From assembly GCA_964555115.1 (NCBI GenBank), contig CAZKRH010000172.1, positions 1 to 57,988 on the forward strand: 57,988 nucleotides of DNA, in the 5' to 3' direction. Every line of letters starts with the position of its first letter. Positions within the stretch are counted from its first letter, which is position 1. Under the pieces are notes generated by a model. That model did no database searches. It had not been told where the DNA came from and saw only the letters and a list, made by a program, of their open reading frames with translations. This DNA is from an uncultured Nitrospiraceae bacterium (GTDB lineage Bacteria; Nitrospirota; Nitrospiria; Nitrospirales; UBA8639). Made by a program: the position numbers and the translations under genes. Below are positions 55,571-57,988 of this stretch, piece after piece.

Positions 55571-57289
55571 ATGACACATTTTTTCGTCAGACAGATATGC
55601 CAATTGAACATCAACCTCATGCTTTCGTTCATGATCTTCTTGACCATGCCTAGCAGTAGCGTAGCCTTAGCACAAGAAACAATAGCCGATCTCGCAGAAG
55701 CCGAGTGGATGGAGGGGGCCCCCAACCGTGCACTGGATATTTTGGACCAAGGCCTTCAAGACAATCCTCAAGATCTTAGACTGCACAAATTACGAGGTGA
55801 TGTCCTTGCCACCTCCCGTCGAGACCAGGAAGCCCTGGAGGCTTATGAGACTGTTCTTCAGAGGAACCCAGAATCCTTGGATGTACGGTGGGCCAAATGG
55901 TCCGTGCTCCTTCGCTCCAGTCAGCGAGAGCAAGCCATCGCCGAATTTCAACGGATTGTCCAGCAAGATGCCAACAATCCATTGGCGTCTTTTCGGTTGG
56001 CGCAAGAATTCCGAAAACTAGACCGGTTGGAAGAATCACACGAGTGGTACAAGAAAGCGGTGGAATTGAGACCGGATTTACCCGGGTGGCGGTTGGCCAT
56101 GGCGCGCGCGCAGTTTGATATTTTGGATGGGCGTGGGGCGAGCGACGAAGTCAAACACGTGTTGACCATGGTATCACCCGGTTCCCAAGAAGAGGCCGCG
56201 GCCCGAAGTCTCTTGTCGATCGTCTATGGGGCAACCAAAGAACGCGGTCGACGATTTGAACCAATTTTTAGTCCTCAGGGGACCGCCGCACAGAAGAAGG
56301 AATGGTCTGAAGTTCGCACCGAGGCATGGAGACTCTACCAAGCAGGTCGCTTCAAGGAGGCTGAACCGGTCCTGCGAAAATCTCTGATCCTTAAACCCGA
56401 CGATTACGGCGCAACCTATGAACTCGGGAGAACCCTCATGGAGATGGGGCAGTGTGACGAGGCCGTGAAAGTGTTTCAAAAAATGACACTGATGAACCCC
56501 GCTGATCTCACCTTTGCCGATACGTTTTTTCGTATAGGCCTATGTAAGATGGAGTTGGGACAATGGTCAGAGGCCTTAGTCCATTTTGAAATACTCTATG
56601 AGGCCGCCCAAGAATTCGATGAGGCCATCGAGACTGTTCGGGTGGAGGTAGGAATTAAAGTGCTGGATACGGAGATGCTAGCCCAATGGATAGAGAAGGC
56701 TCGAGCACATATTCCGAATGCCAAGAGTTTAAGAGATGAGACGGCCAACCTCCAGGCTGACGATCCCTCGAACCCTCCCCCCCTGACCGAAGATGAACGG
56801 TATGCGCAAATTGCGAGAAAAAGACTGAAGGTTGACAACCCAATGTATACCCGGGCATCGCTGATGGGACGAGACGCAGATTTCAGCTTGTTTCGGTATA
56901 TGATCACGGCGAGGCAAGTCATGCGAGATGATTTGCCCAGTGGGGCCCATGATTTTATACCCGTCCATCCGGGGGATACCTTTTCCATGACTCAAGAAGA
57001 GATTTATTTGGTGTTTGGCGTCGTGACCGCTTCTTATGATGAGGTGCTACTCACGGCCCAATGTTTTTTGGAAACACCCAAGATTACCGAGGATCAACAA
57101 GCCTTAGCCCAGGACCGGGTCATCATGGCCATGAGTGAACAGTCGGGCTACTTTATCCTCTCCAGGCCTGAATCAGGGTGGACACCCGGTCTCTATGTGT
57201 GTGGGCTGTTTGAGGGCCATGTAATCTCCGCCTACACTCAAGCCGACGAAGTCAGGTTTCGAATTGTTGAGGCAACCCCACCGTTATAA
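55571..57289 (+). CDS. secreted TPR-repeat protein with a C-terminal domain of unknown function
   Basis: The start is set at ATG 55571, giving a signal peptide (...SSSVALAQE). Multiple TPR motifs are present (ALEAYETVLQRNPESLD, WYKKAVELRPDLPG, etc.). Confidence 0.7.
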   Translation: MTHFFVRQICQLNINLMLSFMIFLTMPSSSVALAQETIADLAEAEWMEGAPNRALDILDQGLQDNPQDLRLHKLRGDVLATSRRDQEALEAYETVLQRNPESLDVRWAKWSVLLRSSQREQAIAEFQRIVQQDANNPLASFRLAQEFRKLDRLEESHEWYKKAVELRPDLPGWRLAMARAQFDILDGRGASDEVKHVLTMVSPGSQEEAAARSLLSIVYGATKERGRRFEPIFSPQGTAAQKKEWSEVRTEAWRLYQAGRFKEAEPVLRKSLILKPDDYGATYELGRTLMEMGQCDEAVKVFQKMTLMNPADLTFADTFFRIGLCKMELGQWSEALVHFEILYEAAQEFDEAIETVRVEVGIKVLDTEMLAQWIEKARAHIPNAKSLRDETANLQADDPSNPPPLTEDERYAQIARKRLKVDNPMYTRASLMGRDADFSLFRYMITARQVMRDDLPSGAHDFIPVHPGDTFSMTQEEIYLVFGVVTASYDEVLLTAQCFLETPKITEDQQALAQDRVIMAMSEQSGYFILSRPESGWTPGLYVCGLFEGHVISAYTQADEVRFRIVEATPPL

Positions 57290-57570
57290 CTTCTATGGAT
57301 GGCCTGGACTCCAGTACATGGCCCAGCGCCCATTCGCCTGTTAATCAGATGTCTGCCCTACATTTTTCACAAACAAAAGTTACCGGAATGACCCTATGCA
57401 AATTGTCCAGGATCGGTTCCCTCAGTCCTCTGCTATTCAGATGGATAGCCTGAACAAGGGGACGGTCAAGCCAAGGAAAATTTATTGTAAAGCGGGGTAG
57501 GTCTTGCAGTAAGCTCCAGTGCCTCTGATCGTTTGGGTTCCAAGAAGATCCTAAACACATGTTTATTTTC

Positions 57571-57988
57571 TTACAGCGCGGCGTCGCGTTGCTTGACGGT
57601 GTCGATGAGGATATTGCGGAGTGGGGTCATGGATCGGGACAGTTGGGTGAAGACGTTGCGGCCCATCACGCAGACTTCCACAGGTGTGCGAGCCCGGACG
57701 CTGGCAACTCGGGGTTGGCTCTCGAGGAGGGCCATCTCTCCAAAGAATTCCCCTTCCTTCAACACGGCTAGGACTTCGGCTCCGGCTTGCTCATTTTTGG
57801 CTCGAAGCACTTCCACCTCGCCTTTCTCGATGATATAGAAATAGTTCCCTGGTTCTCCCTGCCGGAAGATGTAGTCTCCAGCATTGTAATGGGCCCGCGT
57901 GACACGCGTGGTTTGATCGGTTTTAAGGTGGGCCAGATCCCGCGAGAATATCAATTCCCAGATCCAGTCGAAGGCGACTTTGGTGCGC
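57571..57988 (-). CDS. cyclic-nucleotide-binding domain protein, 5'-truncated by the window edge
   Basis: The cNMP-binding motifs 'GDYIFRQGEPGNYFYIIEKGEVEV' and 'FFGEMALL...PRVASVRA' are present. The reading frame stays open upstream of the track's TTG start to the window end. Confidence 0.8.
   Translation of the reverse strand, partial: RTKVAFDWIWELIFSRDLAHLKTDQTTRVTRAHYNAGDYIFRQGEPGNYFYIIEKGEVEVLRAKNEQAGAEVLAVLKEGEFFGEMALLESQPRVASVRARTPVEVCVMGRNVFTQLSRSMTPLRNILIDTVKQRDAAL

Noticed and set aside
57345-57838. ORFs 57345..57560 (-), 57533..57838 (+) and 57559..57771 (+)
   Set aside because: The plus ORFs are antisense to the well-supported cNMP-binding gene. The 71-aa minus ORF has no RBS or recognisable features.
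1-57988. Search by eye for tRNA T-arm motifs (GGTTCGAATCC and variants), rRNA, CRISPR-like spaced repeats, and defence or toxin-antitoxin gene pairs
   Set aside because: None were found. The only possible TA-like item is the 37-aa membrane peptide, which is reported separately. A proper tRNAscan, Infernal or CRISPR-finder run would be needed to exclude them formally.

Overview
This is a 58-kb chromosomal window from a moderate-GC bacterium. The protein content (RRM-type RNA-binding protein, partner-switching proteins, many secreted cupredoxin, TPR and lipoprotein genes) suggests a Nitrospirota-like or deltaproteobacteria-like lineage, but that is an impression, not a computed result. All calls come from reading the sequence and the ORF track; no searches, folds or alignments were run.

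Gene content is mostly housekeeping and envelope genes:
- SulP anion permease, msrA, ttcA, pncB, mtgA, pcm, rlpA, sthA, hpf
- ABC-F ATPase, AI-2E transporter, delta-9 desaturase, zinc alcohol dehydrogenase
- signalling proteins: a 7TM-GAF histidine kinase, three receiver proteins, and HDOD, CBS and cNMP-binding proteins

I found no rRNA, tRNA, CRISPR array, intact transposase or recognisable defence genes by eye.

The most interesting locus is 9766-15504 on the minus strand. A receiver-PP2C phosphatase, an RsbW-like kinase and a phosphorylatable STAS protein sit directly upstream of an MlaE/MlaF/MlaD/PqiC-like lipid ABC transporter, and the STAS gene overlaps mlaE. There is no sigma factor in the window. 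I read this as a candidate phospho-switch acting on an MlaB-like transporter subunit.

The second layer is unannotated miniature inverted-repeat elements (MITEs):
- Family 1 is 181 bp with 26-bp terminal inverted repeats (TIRs); two copies are present.
- Family 2 ends in AGGGACTGTT(C/G)AAAAA(A)GGC and has six copies, plus one distant relative.
- These elements donate stop codons, create false N-terminal ORF extensions, and split the partner-switching operon.

Other observations:
- two paralogous secreted cupredoxin-like proteins with an amicyanin-type C-x2-H-x2-M loop
- a CADD/PqqC-like diiron enzyme
- a frameshifted O-methyltransferase
- a probable SRP RNA
- a Cys-rich protein with a degenerate GGDEF domain
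- a TIGR03545/TIGR03546 pair
- several candidate operator, promoter and hairpin sites
- two unannotated small ORFs
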